Below, piece by piece: positions 56,212-64,000 of a stretch of 64,000 nucleotides of DNA. Origin of the DNA: Rhodoluna sp. GTDB taxonomy: Bacteria > Actinomycetota > Actinomycetes > Actinomycetales > Microbacteriaceae. Location of the stretch: contig JBILRF010000001.1 of the NCBI GenBank assembly GCA_044372795.1, positions 20,359 to 84,358 of the forward strand. Reading direction: 5' to 3'. Every line of letters begins with the position of its first letter. Within the stretch, counting starts at the first letter, position 1. Under the pieces are notes generated by a model. The model worked only from the letters and a program-made list of their open reading frames with translations. It was not told the origin of the DNA and searched no databases. The position numbers and the translations under genes are program-made.

Positions 56212-56296
56212 GTCTTAATCCTACCTGTCTAAATCGTTATAAATGCGTTGTTTTCCCTATTGTGGCGTGGATTTTTCGCTAAAAATAGATATTTGA

Positions 56297-57394
56297 ATGG
56301 CTAAACTTAGGGTCATGAATGCTGCTCTCGACTGGCCAAAAATACTCTCTGATTTAGCCGCAAAGAAAGACCTCGATAAGAGCGAAGCTGTCTGGGCAAT
56401 GACCCAAATAATGACCGGGAACGCATCCGAAGATGAGATGGCAAGCTTCCTTGTTGACCTGAGAGCCAAAGGTGAAACTTTGGAAGAGATCTCTGGTTTT
56501 GTGGATGTCATGCTTGCTAATGCTCTGAGCATTCCAGTTTCGAATGATGCCATCGATATCGTTGGAACCGGGGGAGATCAGCTGGGCACTGTCAACATTT
56601 CAACAATGGCTGCGATCGTCACAGCTTCCTGTGGCTTTCCTGTCCTCAAGCATGGTAGCCGATCAGCCTCAGGCAAGACAGGTTCCTCAGAGATGCTTGA
56701 GGCTTTGGGAATCAAATTAGATCTGAGCCCTGAGCAGTTGGCTAAGGTTTTCGAACAAACCAACATAACTTTCTTCTTTGCCCCGATGTTTCACCCGTCC
56801 CTGAAGCATGTAGGTCCAACCAGAAAGAAGCTGGGGATACCAACAACCTTCAATTTCCTCGGTCCTCTAGCTAACCCAGCCCAGCCAAAAGCTACAGCCA
56901 TGGGGGTCGCAAACCCAGTAATGGCGCCATTGTTAGCCTCCGAAATGGCCCTAAGAGGCCGCACAGCCCTTGTTTTTAGGGGCTCAGATGGCCTAGACGA
57001 GCTCACAACCACTGGTCCAAGCAAGATTTGGGTCGTTTTTGGCGGAAAAGTGACCGAACAAGACTTCAATCCAGCAGATTTGGGCATCAAAATCGCCACT
57101 GTCAACCAGCTAATGGGTGGAGATTCAACCGAAAATGCTGCAGCAGCAAAGGCTATCTTCGGCGAAAACAATGGGTTCCAGGGGGACAGGCAGGCTATTT
57201 CGGACATTGTTGCTCTGAACGCCGCAGCCGGTATGACTGCCTACCAAATGAGCAAAATGATTACCTTGGATGAGTTTGATCTCATGGCTAGCCTTTCAGA
57301 AAACTTCATTGCAGCTAGTCAAGCAATTGGAGATGGAAGAGCGTTGGCAAAGTTACACCAATGGGTCTCTGCAAGCCAATCATTCGGGGAGTAG
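56297..57394 (+). CDS. trpD: Anthranilate phosphoribosyltransferase
   Basis: DIVGTGGD and KHGSRSASGKTGSSE motifs. An alternative start at ATG 56315 is preceded by AGGG. Confidence 0.92.
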   Translation: MAKLRVMNAALDWPKILSDLAAKKDLDKSEAVWAMTQIMTGNASEDEMASFLVDLRAKGETLEEISGFVDVMLANALSIPVSNDAIDIVGTGGDQLGTVNISTMAAIVTASCGFPVLKHGSRSASGKTGSSEMLEALGIKLDLSPEQLAKVFEQTNITFFFAPMFHPSLKHVGPTRKKLGIPTTFNFLGPLANPAQPKATAMGVANPVMAPLLASEMALRGRTALVFRGSDGLDELTTTGPSKIWVVFGGKVTEQDFNPADLGIKIATVNQLMGGDSTENAAAAKAIFGENNGFQGDRQAISDIVALNAAAGMTAYQMSKMITLDEFDLMASLSENFIAASQAIGDGRALAKLHQWVSASQSFGE

Positions 57395-57402
57395 CCATTC
57401 CT

Positions 57403-57432
57403 GCCGAATAAAACATTACTTGACATAATGTT
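57403..57432 (-). terminator. Weak AT-rich terminator candidate after the Nudix gene
   Basis: AACATTA / TAATGTT 7-bp stem (57412-57432), followed on the minus strand by TTTATTCGG. Confidence 0.3.
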
Positions 57433-57460
57433 CATTATCGGTACAATACAGTAAGAGTGC

Positions 57461-57934
57461 CTACATGGAGAACCTGCCCCTGAGCCAATCCCTCAGATCA
57501 TGTGGCGCTAATGACTCATCGCTTTCTAAAAGCTCTGTGACGTTCCACCAGCGATACTCCAAGATATCTCTGAGTTCATCTGGAGTAAAGCCAGATGTAT
57601 CAGGTTCAAAATTTTGAACTTTGAGTTCGTAGATTGTGTCTGTGTACGTGTGGTAATTCAAACCGTCAGCCCAATCCCATCGACCTGATGCTTCGAGGAT
57701 AGGTTCTCCCAGATCCTCAGGATCAACTCTCAGACCGGTTTCCTCAAAAAGTTCCCTTACAGCAGCTTCTAGAGTTGTCTCGCCATCGTCGATACCACCA
57801 CCTGGAGTGAGCCACCTTGGTGGCAAGCCAACTTCAGGGTCAAAATGAGTTTTTAGGAGAAACATCCTGTTTTGCTCATCAATGAGCATGATTCTGGCTG
57901 TTTTGCGGTGCTTTACGTGGATTTTGTGGCTCAT
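57461..57934 (-). CDS. NUDIX hydrolase
   Basis: Nudix box GGGIDDGETTLEAAVRELFEETG. Start set at ATG 57934, 1 nt after the upstream stop. In-frame ATGs at 57952 and 57973 would overlap the upstream gene. Confidence 0.82.
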   Translation of the reverse strand: MSHKIHVKHRKTARIMLIDEQNRMFLLKTHFDPEVGLPPRWLTPGGGIDDGETTLEAAVRELFEETGLRVDPEDLGEPILEASGRWDWADGLNYHTYTDTIYELKVQNFEPDTSGFTPDELRDILEYRWWNVTELLESDESLAPHDLRDWLRGRFSM

Positions 57935-57935
57935 T

Positions 57936-58562
57936 TTATTTTTTTTCTCCATTTGAGTCACTTTTTGGGTCAAATCCGATCATTTTCATGGACGTTTGCA
58001 TCAAATAGCCGATCGCTACAGCAAACAGGGCAGTACCTATCCCCACAGTTCCGCCTAGAAGCCATCCTGTAGCCAACACCAGCGACTCCCCTATGGTTCT
58101 GATAACCCAGAACGGCCAGCCTGAAACCCTAGTCAAACCCACCATGAGGCCATCTCGTGGTCCAGCTCCTAGGTTTGCTGAGATGTATAGACCTGCCCCT
58201 AAAGCAACTGAAATCAATCCCAGCAGCATCCAACCAAGATTGGCTAACCAGCCATCCAATTGAGGCATCAACGGTGCATTGAGATCAGCAAAAGGACCAA
58301 TGAGGATGGCATTGATAACTGTTCCGATGCCTGGTTGCTGCTTTATTGGAATCCAAATCAACAACACAACAGCACTAATCACCACAGCGCTAGTTCCAAA
58401 AGACCATCCTGTTTGAACCGAAAGCCCCTGAGAAAGAACATCCCACGGTGGCACACCTAAACCGGTGTGGATCATCATCGCTAAACCCAGCCCGAACAGA
58501 TACAACCCTAAGAGCAATCTGCCAATAGGTTTGATTCCAAGGTTTGCGAGTGAATTTTTCAC
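57936..58562 (-). CDS. YczE-like polytopic membrane protein
   Basis: 208 aa, about 5-6 TM helices, N-terminal LGLAMMIHTGLGVPPWDVLSQGLS typical of the YczE family. Confidence 0.65.
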   Translation of the reverse strand: MKNSLANLGIKPIGRLLLGLYLFGLGLAMMIHTGLGVPPWDVLSQGLSVQTGWSFGTSAVVISAVVLLIWIPIKQQPGIGTVINAILIGPFADLNAPLMPQLDGWLANLGWMLLGLISVALGAGLYISANLGAGPRDGLMVGLTRVSGWPFWVIRTIGESLVLATGWLLGGTVGIGTALFAVAIGYLMQTSMKMIGFDPKSDSNGEKK

Positions 58563-58599
58563 AGCCTAATCCTACCTTTGCCTATCCCAGGAGAGCTCA

Positions 58600-59358
58600 A
58601 TGCAGGACCACCCTTACTTCCAAGTTCAAGGACCTGTGGTCTTGGCACATCGAGGTGGTACTTCGAAAACTGAAAATACCCTAGAAACCTTCAAAGATGC
58701 AATTGCAGCTGGAGTCTTCAGCATTGAAACTGACGTTAGAACAACTAAAGACAACGTGGCTTTACTTTTTCACGATGCTGATCTAAATCGTGTGGCTGGC
58801 ATAGATAAAAAGATTTCTGAACTTACCTTGGCTGAAATCGAGAAAATTAATCTAAATGGGGGTGAAAAAATCCCGACCCTTGTAGGAGCTCTAAACGCCC
58901 TCCCCCAGGCAAGATTCAACTTGGATATCAAAGATCAGGCCTCTGTTTACTCGACCGCAGCTGCAATCGAAGTAACCAAGTCCCACGATCGAGTTCTTGT
59001 CTCTAGTTTTAGTAATAGCAGACGCCTTAAAGCACTCAAGCTGCTTTCTAAAGAAGTGGCAACATCAGCAAGTGCTTCAATCGTCATATCTCTTTGGTTA
59101 CTTCACATCCTTAGGCTGCCTTCTGGTTTCTGGAGAAGAAAGCTTAGAGGAATTGGAGCAATTCAAATTCCTCGGCAAATGTTTGGAATAAAACTTGATT
59201 CTGTGAGTTTCATAAGCAAAGTCCGAGCCACAGGAACCCAAGTGCATTTCTGGACAATAAACAATCCACAGGAAATGTTAGAACTCACCATGAGAGGTGC
59301 AACTGGAATAGTCTCTGATATGTCAGAGTTAGCAGTTCAAACACTGAGAAAAGCCTGA
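58600..59358 (+). CDS. Glycerophosphodiester phosphodiesterase family protein
   Basis: GDPD motifs AHRGG, ENTLETF and IETDVRTTKD..FHD. Confidence 0.85.
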   Translation: MQDHPYFQVQGPVVLAHRGGTSKTENTLETFKDAIAAGVFSIETDVRTTKDNVALLFHDADLNRVAGIDKKISELTLAEIEKINLNGGEKIPTLVGALNALPQARFNLDIKDQASVYSTAAAIEVTKSHDRVLVSSFSNSRRLKALKLLSKEVATSASASIVISLWLLHILRLPSGFWRRKLRGIGAIQIPRQMFGIKLDSVSFISKVRATGTQVHFWTINNPQEMLELTMRGATGIVSDMSELAVQTLRKA

Positions 59359-59439
59359 ATTCGGGAAGTATTCGTATAGTCATTCGCTTATCTTCTATGT
59401 AACAGCATCAGCATCAAACAGAGATAAGGGAGAACACAA

Positions 59440-59811
59440 ATGGCTCAACAATCAATGCGTGGCATGAGGCTAGGTTCAGAGAGCTTTGAAACTGCAGCTG
59501 GAGTAAACCTCTCCCCTAGAAACACTCATCAGTATCGCTGTGCAAATGACCATGTTTCGGAAGTGATCTTTGCCGAAGAGGCCGAAGTTCCTTCAGCTTG
59601 GAACTGCAAGTCATGCTCACTTGAAGCAGCTCTTCTAGATGACAAAGGCAACCAGGCTTTTGAAACTGAACTTCCTAAAGCTCCTAGAACTCACTACGAG
59701 ATGCTTCTAGAGCGCAGAACTAGAGTCGAGCTTGAGGAGATCCTTGAGGAGCGTCTAAAGGAATTAAAGGCAAGACGTTCAAGAGGTCAAGCAGATAGCA
59801 CCAACAGCTAG
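59440..59811 (+). CDS. rbpA: RNA polymerase-binding protein RbpA
   Basis: Actinobacteria-specific. Contains YRCANDHV..WNCKSC and a C-terminal sigma-interaction region RTHYEMLLERRT. Confidence 0.93.
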   Translation: MAQQSMRGMRLGSESFETAAGVNLSPRNTHQYRCANDHVSEVIFAEEAEVPSAWNCKSCSLEAALLDDKGNQAFETELPKAPRTHYEMLLERRTRVELEEILEERLKELKARRSRGQADSTNS

Positions 59812-60521
59812 CTTCTGCGAAGAAGTCTTTTGATTCCGAACTTAGTCATCAGTATTAACGCTTCGGTCACTATGTCCTTGCTCATTTTAGATTCGCCTAT
59901 CTCACGTTCAACAAAAACAATTGGAACTTCGGCAGTTCTGCCTCCAGATTGAATAGTTCTATATGCCATTTCAATCTGAAATGAGTAACCTCTGGCATTG
60001 ATAGTGTCTAGGTTCATCTTCTTTAGAAACTTAACATTGAAAACTCTAAAGCCTGCTGTCATATCATTGAGTTTCGAGCCCAACATGAGCTTCGCGTAAA
60101 GATTGCCTCCTCGAGAAAGCCATTGTCTGTGCATTGGCCAGTTCTGAGTTTGCCCACCTTTGATATACCTTGAACCAATTACTAAATCGTTTGAGCCACA
60201 CACAGCTAGAAGTTTTGGTAGATCCTGAGCCCTATGGCTACCATCGGCATCCATTTCAACTACATACTCATAGTCTCGTTCAAAGGCATATCTAAATCCT
60301 GCGATGTATGCCGCCCCTAGTCCTTGCTTTTCTTTGCGATGCATAACGCTTATGCGCTTATCCCCTGACGCTAATTCATCTGCAATCTTGCCAGTGCCAT
60401 CAGGGCTATCATCATCAACAATTAGGAGGTGAACTTCATGATTGAATTTGAAGAGTTCTTCAACGGCATGCTGAAGGTTTCCAGCCTCATTGAAGGTAGG
60501 CATGATTACGAGGACCTTCAA
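59808..60521 (-). CDS. ppm1: Polyprenol-phosphate mannosyltransferase (GT2)
   Basis: VIMPTFNE, DDDSPDGT and MDADGSH. 4-nt overlap with the lnt stop. Confidence 0.9.
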   Translation of the reverse strand: MKVLVIMPTFNEAGNLQHAVEELFKFNHEVHLLIVDDDSPDGTGKIADELASGDKRISVMHRKEKQGLGAAYIAGFRYAFERDYEYVVEMDADGSHRAQDLPKLLAVCGSNDLVIGSRYIKGGQTQNWPMHRQWLSRGGNLYAKLMLGSKLNDMTAGFRVFNVKFLKKMNLDTINARGYSFQIEMAYRTIQSGGRTAEVPIVFVEREIGESKMSKDIVTEALILMTKFGIKRLLRRS

Positions 60522-62110
60522 GAACGTTTAGCTTTCAATCGTCTTCTTATCAATCCCACGATTGCCAATGGGAAAAGCAAAAGAGAAATAGCAAACGCGA
60601 TAGGTTCCACAAGCCCGCCAAACATCACAGCAGGAGTAATCTCTTTTCGCAGAGCAATCTCCTCAACCATGGCTCCTGGCTTGAATGACTCTAGTTCTGT
60701 AATCACTGATCCATCTGCTGCATAGATTCCAGAGACGCCAACTGTTGAAACTGCAACCACAGTTCGCCCCGTTTCGATAGCACGCATTCTAGAAATTGCA
60801 GCCTGCTGAACGCCTTGTTCACTCTTACCAAAGTCAGAACTGTTTGTTTGAACCATGATGGCTTCAGCGCCCTGCTTCACTAAGTCATGGCCTAGGTAGT
60901 CGAAAGCAACTTCAAAACAAATCAGTGACCCAACTTTGGATCCATCAGGTAGTTCGAAGATTCCATCTCTGGTGCCTGAGCTCATGTCCCAACCAATTAG
61001 TCCAATCAGATCAGGAGCTAGTGCCATAAAGAAAGGTCGATCAGGAACATACTCGCCAAAAGGAACTGGTCTTATCTTGTGATAGTAATCTGCAAGACCA
61101 GTCTCAGGTAACCATAGGTCAACTTCGTTAAAGAAGTCGGGTCCTCGGAATGTCTTAGTTCCAAAAAGCAACGGAGCTTTGAGTTCCTCAGTTACGAATT
61201 CACTAATCTTCAATCCAGGCTCAACCATTGTGTTTGGATCCAAATCAGATGAATTCTCAGGCCAAACCATCAAATCCAGATCTTTTGTTTTACCTGTCGC
61301 CACTAGGTCTTTTGAGACGACTAAGTGTTTGTCAAGTATTGAGCCGGGTGGGTTCACAGCGAATAACCCAGCGTTGGCATTTCCCTGAATAGCAGCAACC
61401 TTCATAGTGCCTGCTGTACCTGAGGCATCTAAGACAACAACAGCTGGGATACCAATAAAAAGTGCAGCTGCAACTCCAGTTGGCACAAGTCTTACAAGTC
61501 GCTTTTGCAAACCAAGACCTTGAGGTTGAGGGTTGATAAACCTAAGCACTATTAGTGCTGTGACGAAAACAATCAACCAAGTTAGCCCTGCAACATCAAC
61601 GAAATAAACCCACTTAGCTAACCAAGTGTCAACAAGAGCTAATCCCCCTCGAGCCCAAGGCAAACCTCCGTAAGGGAAAACTCCAGCCGCAAATTCTCTA
61701 GCTGTAAAGATTGCACCAAGGGCAAAGGCAATAAGAAAAGGTTTTGCACTTCTGAGTTCCAAACCTGCCAGATAGCGCCAAACAACCGATGCAACTCCTG
61801 TTGCAACACCAAACATAAGCGCTTGGATGATCGAACCTGCAAGCCAAGGAACTGGGCCAAGGTAGGTAGTTAGCCATTTCAACAGGATTCCAAAGAATGC
61901 AAATCCGGCAATGTTGCCTACGACAAAAGATTTCAGGAAACCTAGTTGACGTATTGCCAAAAGAATTAAAAAGTAGCCGATAAAGATTCCAGGCCAGAAA
62001 TTAAATGCAGGGTAGCTAAATGCTATGAACGCCCCACCGAGTGCACCAATAAGAGCTCTCCCCCAGATTGCGGTGGACAGCCTTAGCCAATTGACGAAAG
62101 AGTTGAACAC
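60518..62110 (-). CDS. lnt: Apolipoprotein N-acyltransferase
   Basis: N-terminal polytopic domain plus a CN-hydrolase domain (WPE, catalytic Cys in LICFEVAF). Adjacent to ppm1, as in other actinobacteria. Confidence 0.9.
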   Translation of the reverse strand: MFNSFVNWLRLSTAIWGRALIGALGGAFIAFSYPAFNFWPGIFIGYFLILLAIRQLGFLKSFVVGNIAGFAFFGILLKWLTTYLGPVPWLAGSIIQALMFGVATGVASVVWRYLAGLELRSAKPFLIAFALGAIFTAREFAAGVFPYGGLPWARGGLALVDTWLAKWVYFVDVAGLTWLIVFVTALIVLRFINPQPQGLGLQKRLVRLVPTGVAAALFIGIPAVVVLDASGTAGTMKVAAIQGNANAGLFAVNPPGSILDKHLVVSKDLVATGKTKDLDLMVWPENSSDLDPNTMVEPGLKISEFVTEELKAPLLFGTKTFRGPDFFNEVDLWLPETGLADYYHKIRPVPFGEYVPDRPFFMALAPDLIGLIGWDMSSGTRDGIFELPDGSKVGSLICFEVAFDYLGHDLVKQGAEAIMVQTNSSDFGKSEQGVQQAAISRMRAIETGRTVVAVSTVGVSGIYAADGSVITELESFKPGAMVEEIALRKEITPAVMFGGLVEPIAFAISLLLFPLAIVGLIRRRLKAKRS

Positions 62111-62113
62111 TAT

Positions 62114-64000
62114 CTAAGCGTAATAGGAATAAGCAACAATGCCACGCTTGATCTGGTCAATAGATGACTGGGCAGTTGCTGAGAGTTCGTCTGGATTAAC
62201 CTTAGAGATCTGTTCAAGTAAATCTATAGTTTGCTTGCACCATCTAATGAAATCTCCGGCAAGCATTCCAGTTTGCTTGAGAACTGAATCCAGTCTTGAA
62301 CCGGTAGCCCAACGATGCATCTGCAGTGCCATAGAAGAATCTGGCTCAGTAGATAGTGGAAGGTTGTGCTGTTTAGCTAGGGCCTGAAGGTCATCCCAAA
62401 CCTCTAGCGTTTCATCAAATACAGCAACAAATTCACCCTTAGGCATTTTTGGGGTAAGGCTATCGTCGTCTCTTCTTGCTTCGTATACAAGCGATGCCGC
62501 TATAGCTGCCAAAGTCTGAGCATCAATGTGGTGCCAAACTCTTCTGCCAATGCACTCGGCTACTAAAAGATCTCTTTCCCCGTAAATCTTTGAAAGCTTT
62601 TGACCAGTTTCAGTGATTTCAAGATCACCATCTACCTCAGTGACATATTCAAGTTCAATCAACACCTCGGTGATTCGATCAAATGTCTTAGCAACTTGGT
62701 TGGTTCTGGACTCAATCTGCTTAATTACTGCCGCTGTTTCACGCTCTAGTTTGTACCAGCGCTCCCCCCAACGTGAATGAGCTTCTCTGTCCGGACAGGC
62801 ATGACAAGGGTGTGATCGTAGTTCGCGCTTGAGGTTAGTAACTTTAATCTCAAGTTGCCTCATGCCTTTTGTCTGTCTAAGGTCATTTCGTCTGGCCTGT
62901 CGTCCTGATTGGGCTATTTCTCTCTCCAAGGCGCTAACTTGATTTCGCAAACGTGCATACTCTTTGAAATCACCAACATGACAGCGCATAGATTCTTCAT
63001 AGCCATCTAGTGAAGCTTGCTTCTCCCTGATTCCTCTAGCTAAGCCAACAACAGATCTATCTGCTTGGAATTGTGCGAATGAAGTTTCCAAAACTTCTCT
63101 TGATCTTCTTTGACCGAAAGCTTCAATTAGGTTCACAGCCATGTTGAATGTTGGTCTGAAAGATGAAATAAGCGGATAGGTTCTTTTTGAAGCCAAACCC
63201 GCCACATAGGTTGGATCTAAGTTGGCCGCCCATTGAATAACTGAGTGACCTTCAACGTCAATGCCTCTTCTTCCGGCACGTCCTGTTAGCTGAGTGTATT
63301 CACCAGGAGTAATCTGCACTCTTCCTTCACCGTTGAACTTATCTAATCGATCAAGGACTACGGTTCGAGCTGGCATGTTTATTCCAAGTGCAAGAGTTTC
63401 CGTTGCAAATACAACTTTGACAAGTTTTCTAAGGAAAAGCTCTTCAACTACTTCTTTGAATGCAGGCAGTAATCCAGCATGGTGTGCTGCTACTCCCCGC
63501 TCAAGAGCACTGAGCCATTCAAAGTAACCAAGAGCAGCCAAATCCTCATCAGCTATGGAACCGCATTTCTCTTCAGCCACGCGACGAATGATTTGCTTAT
63601 CTTCAGGCTTAGTCAGTCTTATCCCCGATGCTAAAACTGCTTGAACGGCTGCCTCACAACCTGCTCTCGAGAATATGAAGAAGATGGCTGGAAGAAGATC
63701 GGCCTCATCAAGTAGATCAATGATTTCTGGCTTACTTGCTTTGTATATTCTTCCTAGGTTTCGATCGGGGAAACCAGCATGACCTCTTCTGCCCCTTAGT
63801 GGGCGATTTGTTGGCTGCCTAAGTTTGTTGGCATGGCGTTGAACAAGATCTACGTTTACCCGCAGTTCTTTATCTGAATCATCAAACAGTGGAATAAGTT
63901 CATCACCAAAGAGCACGTGCTGATTCAATGGAACAGGTCTAACTTCAGACACAATGACTGTAGTTCCACCTTGAACTTCATCAAGCCAGGCGCCAAACTC
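62114..64000 (-). CDS. helY: Ski2-like DEAD/DEAH-box RNA helicase HelY, C-terminal part (5' end beyond the window)
   Basis: The ORF is open to the window edge. Helicase C-terminal motifs TETLALGINMPARTVV and QLTGRAGRRG, followed by arch and DSHCT-like domains. Confidence 0.88.
   Translation of the reverse strand, partial: EFGAWLDEVQGGTTVIVSEVRPVPLNQHVLFGDELIPLFDDSDKELRVNVDLVQRHANKLRQPTNRPLRGRRGHAGFPDRNLGRIYKASKPEIIDLLDEADLLPAIFFIFSRAGCEAAVQAVLASGIRLTKPEDKQIIRRVAEEKCGSIADEDLAALGYFEWLSALERGVAAHHAGLLPAFKEVVEELFLRKLVKVVFATETLALGINMPARTVVLDRLDKFNGEGRVQITPGEYTQLTGRAGRRGIDVEGHSVIQWAANLDPTYVAGLASKRTYPLISSFRPTFNMAVNLIEAFGQRRSREVLETSFAQFQADRSVVGLARGIREKQASLDGYEESMRCHVGDFKEYARLRNQVSALEREIAQSGRQARRNDLRQTKGMRQLEIKVTNLKRELRSHPCHACPDREAHSRWGERWYKLERETAAVIKQIESRTNQVAKTFDRITEVLIELEYVTEVDGDLEITETGQKLSKIYGERDLLVAECIGRRVWHHIDAQTLAAIAASLVYEARRDDDSLTPKMPKGEFVAVFDETLEVWDDLQALAKQHNLPLSTEPDSSMALQMHRWATGSRLDSVLKQTGMLAGDFIRWCKQTIDLLEQISKVNPDELSATAQSSIDQIKRGIVAYSYYA

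Noticed and set aside
57939-57946. A run of eight A residues (T8 on the plus strand) at the YczE-like stop and Nudix start junction, considered as a slippage or phase-variation tract.
   Set aside because: It encodes the terminal Lys-Lys plus the stop codon of the upstream gene. A frameshift there would change only 1-2 residues. There is no evidence of a split or phase-variable ORF.
1-64000. Search for CRISPR arrays, long direct or inverted repeats, transposases, integrases, prophage, toxin-antitoxin or defence islands, and C-rich-loop 6C-type sRNAs.
   Set aside because: None was seen. Every sizeable ORF has a housekeeping assignment. Spacers are short, with the largest at about 240 bp. C-runs occur only inside coding sequence. 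Repeat detection by eye is limited, so a computational self-alignment would be the decisive check.

Overview
This window is a core-chromosome segment of a very compact, moderate-GC actinobacterial genome. Phylum markers are RbpA, SepF, DivIVA/Wag31, QcrCAB-CtaCDEF and Ppm1-Lnt. From memory, the gene order parallels Mycobacterium Rv2145c-Rv2178c and Rv2193-Rv2200c. A streamlined aquatic lineage such as Microbacteriaceae or Nanopelagicales is plausible, but that is inference only.

Gene content, left to right:
- 3' part of pyc, an orphan ParA/MinD-like ATPase, def, a FadD-type acyl-CoA ligase, glk, plsC and class II DAHP synthase.
- A LysM gene followed by a PASTA Ser/Thr kinase, transcribed divergently from an Rv2175c-like HTH gene. 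Then a polyprenyl synthase and a DUF3040 gene.
- The complete dcw cluster mraZ-rsmH-ftsL-ftsI-murE-murF-mraY-murD-ftsW-murG-murC-ftsQ-ftsZ, followed by yggS-sepF-yggT-divIVA-lspA-rluD-dnaE.
- Flavin reductase, hisD, nrdR-nrdJ, pyrD, an aldo/keto reductase, a PLP decarboxylase, DUF3043, an M20 peptidase and an IscA/ErpA-like gene.
- ctaC-ctaD-ctaF facing ctaE-qcrC-qcrA-qcrB, then trpD, Nudix, a YczE-like membrane protein, GDPD, rbpA, lnt-ppm1 and the 3' part of helY.

I saw no rRNA, tRNA, CRISPR array, transposase, integrase, phage gene or recognisable defence or toxin gene. I did not find a convincing novel multi-gene system, and this reads as an ordinary housekeeping region.

The items most worth a second look are mostly non-coding or architectural:
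- A 13/14-bp long-range helix closes the mraZ-rsmH spacer.
- Three GTGG repeats at exact 10-bp phasing sit on the putative mraZ promoter.
- Tandem NrdR-box-like sites lie upstream of nrdR-nrdJ.
- A palindrome and direct-repeat cluster lies in the fadD-glk divergent spacer.
- A three-LysM protein with no signal peptide is encoded 7 nt upstream of the PASTA kinase.
- MurE carries HHPR where mDAP-adding enzymes have DNPR.
- dnaE and the flavin reductase gene overlap tail-to-tail by 72 nt.

Several ORF-track starts look too long. They are re-called in the feature list from homology, Shine-Dalgarno position and start/stop overlap logic.
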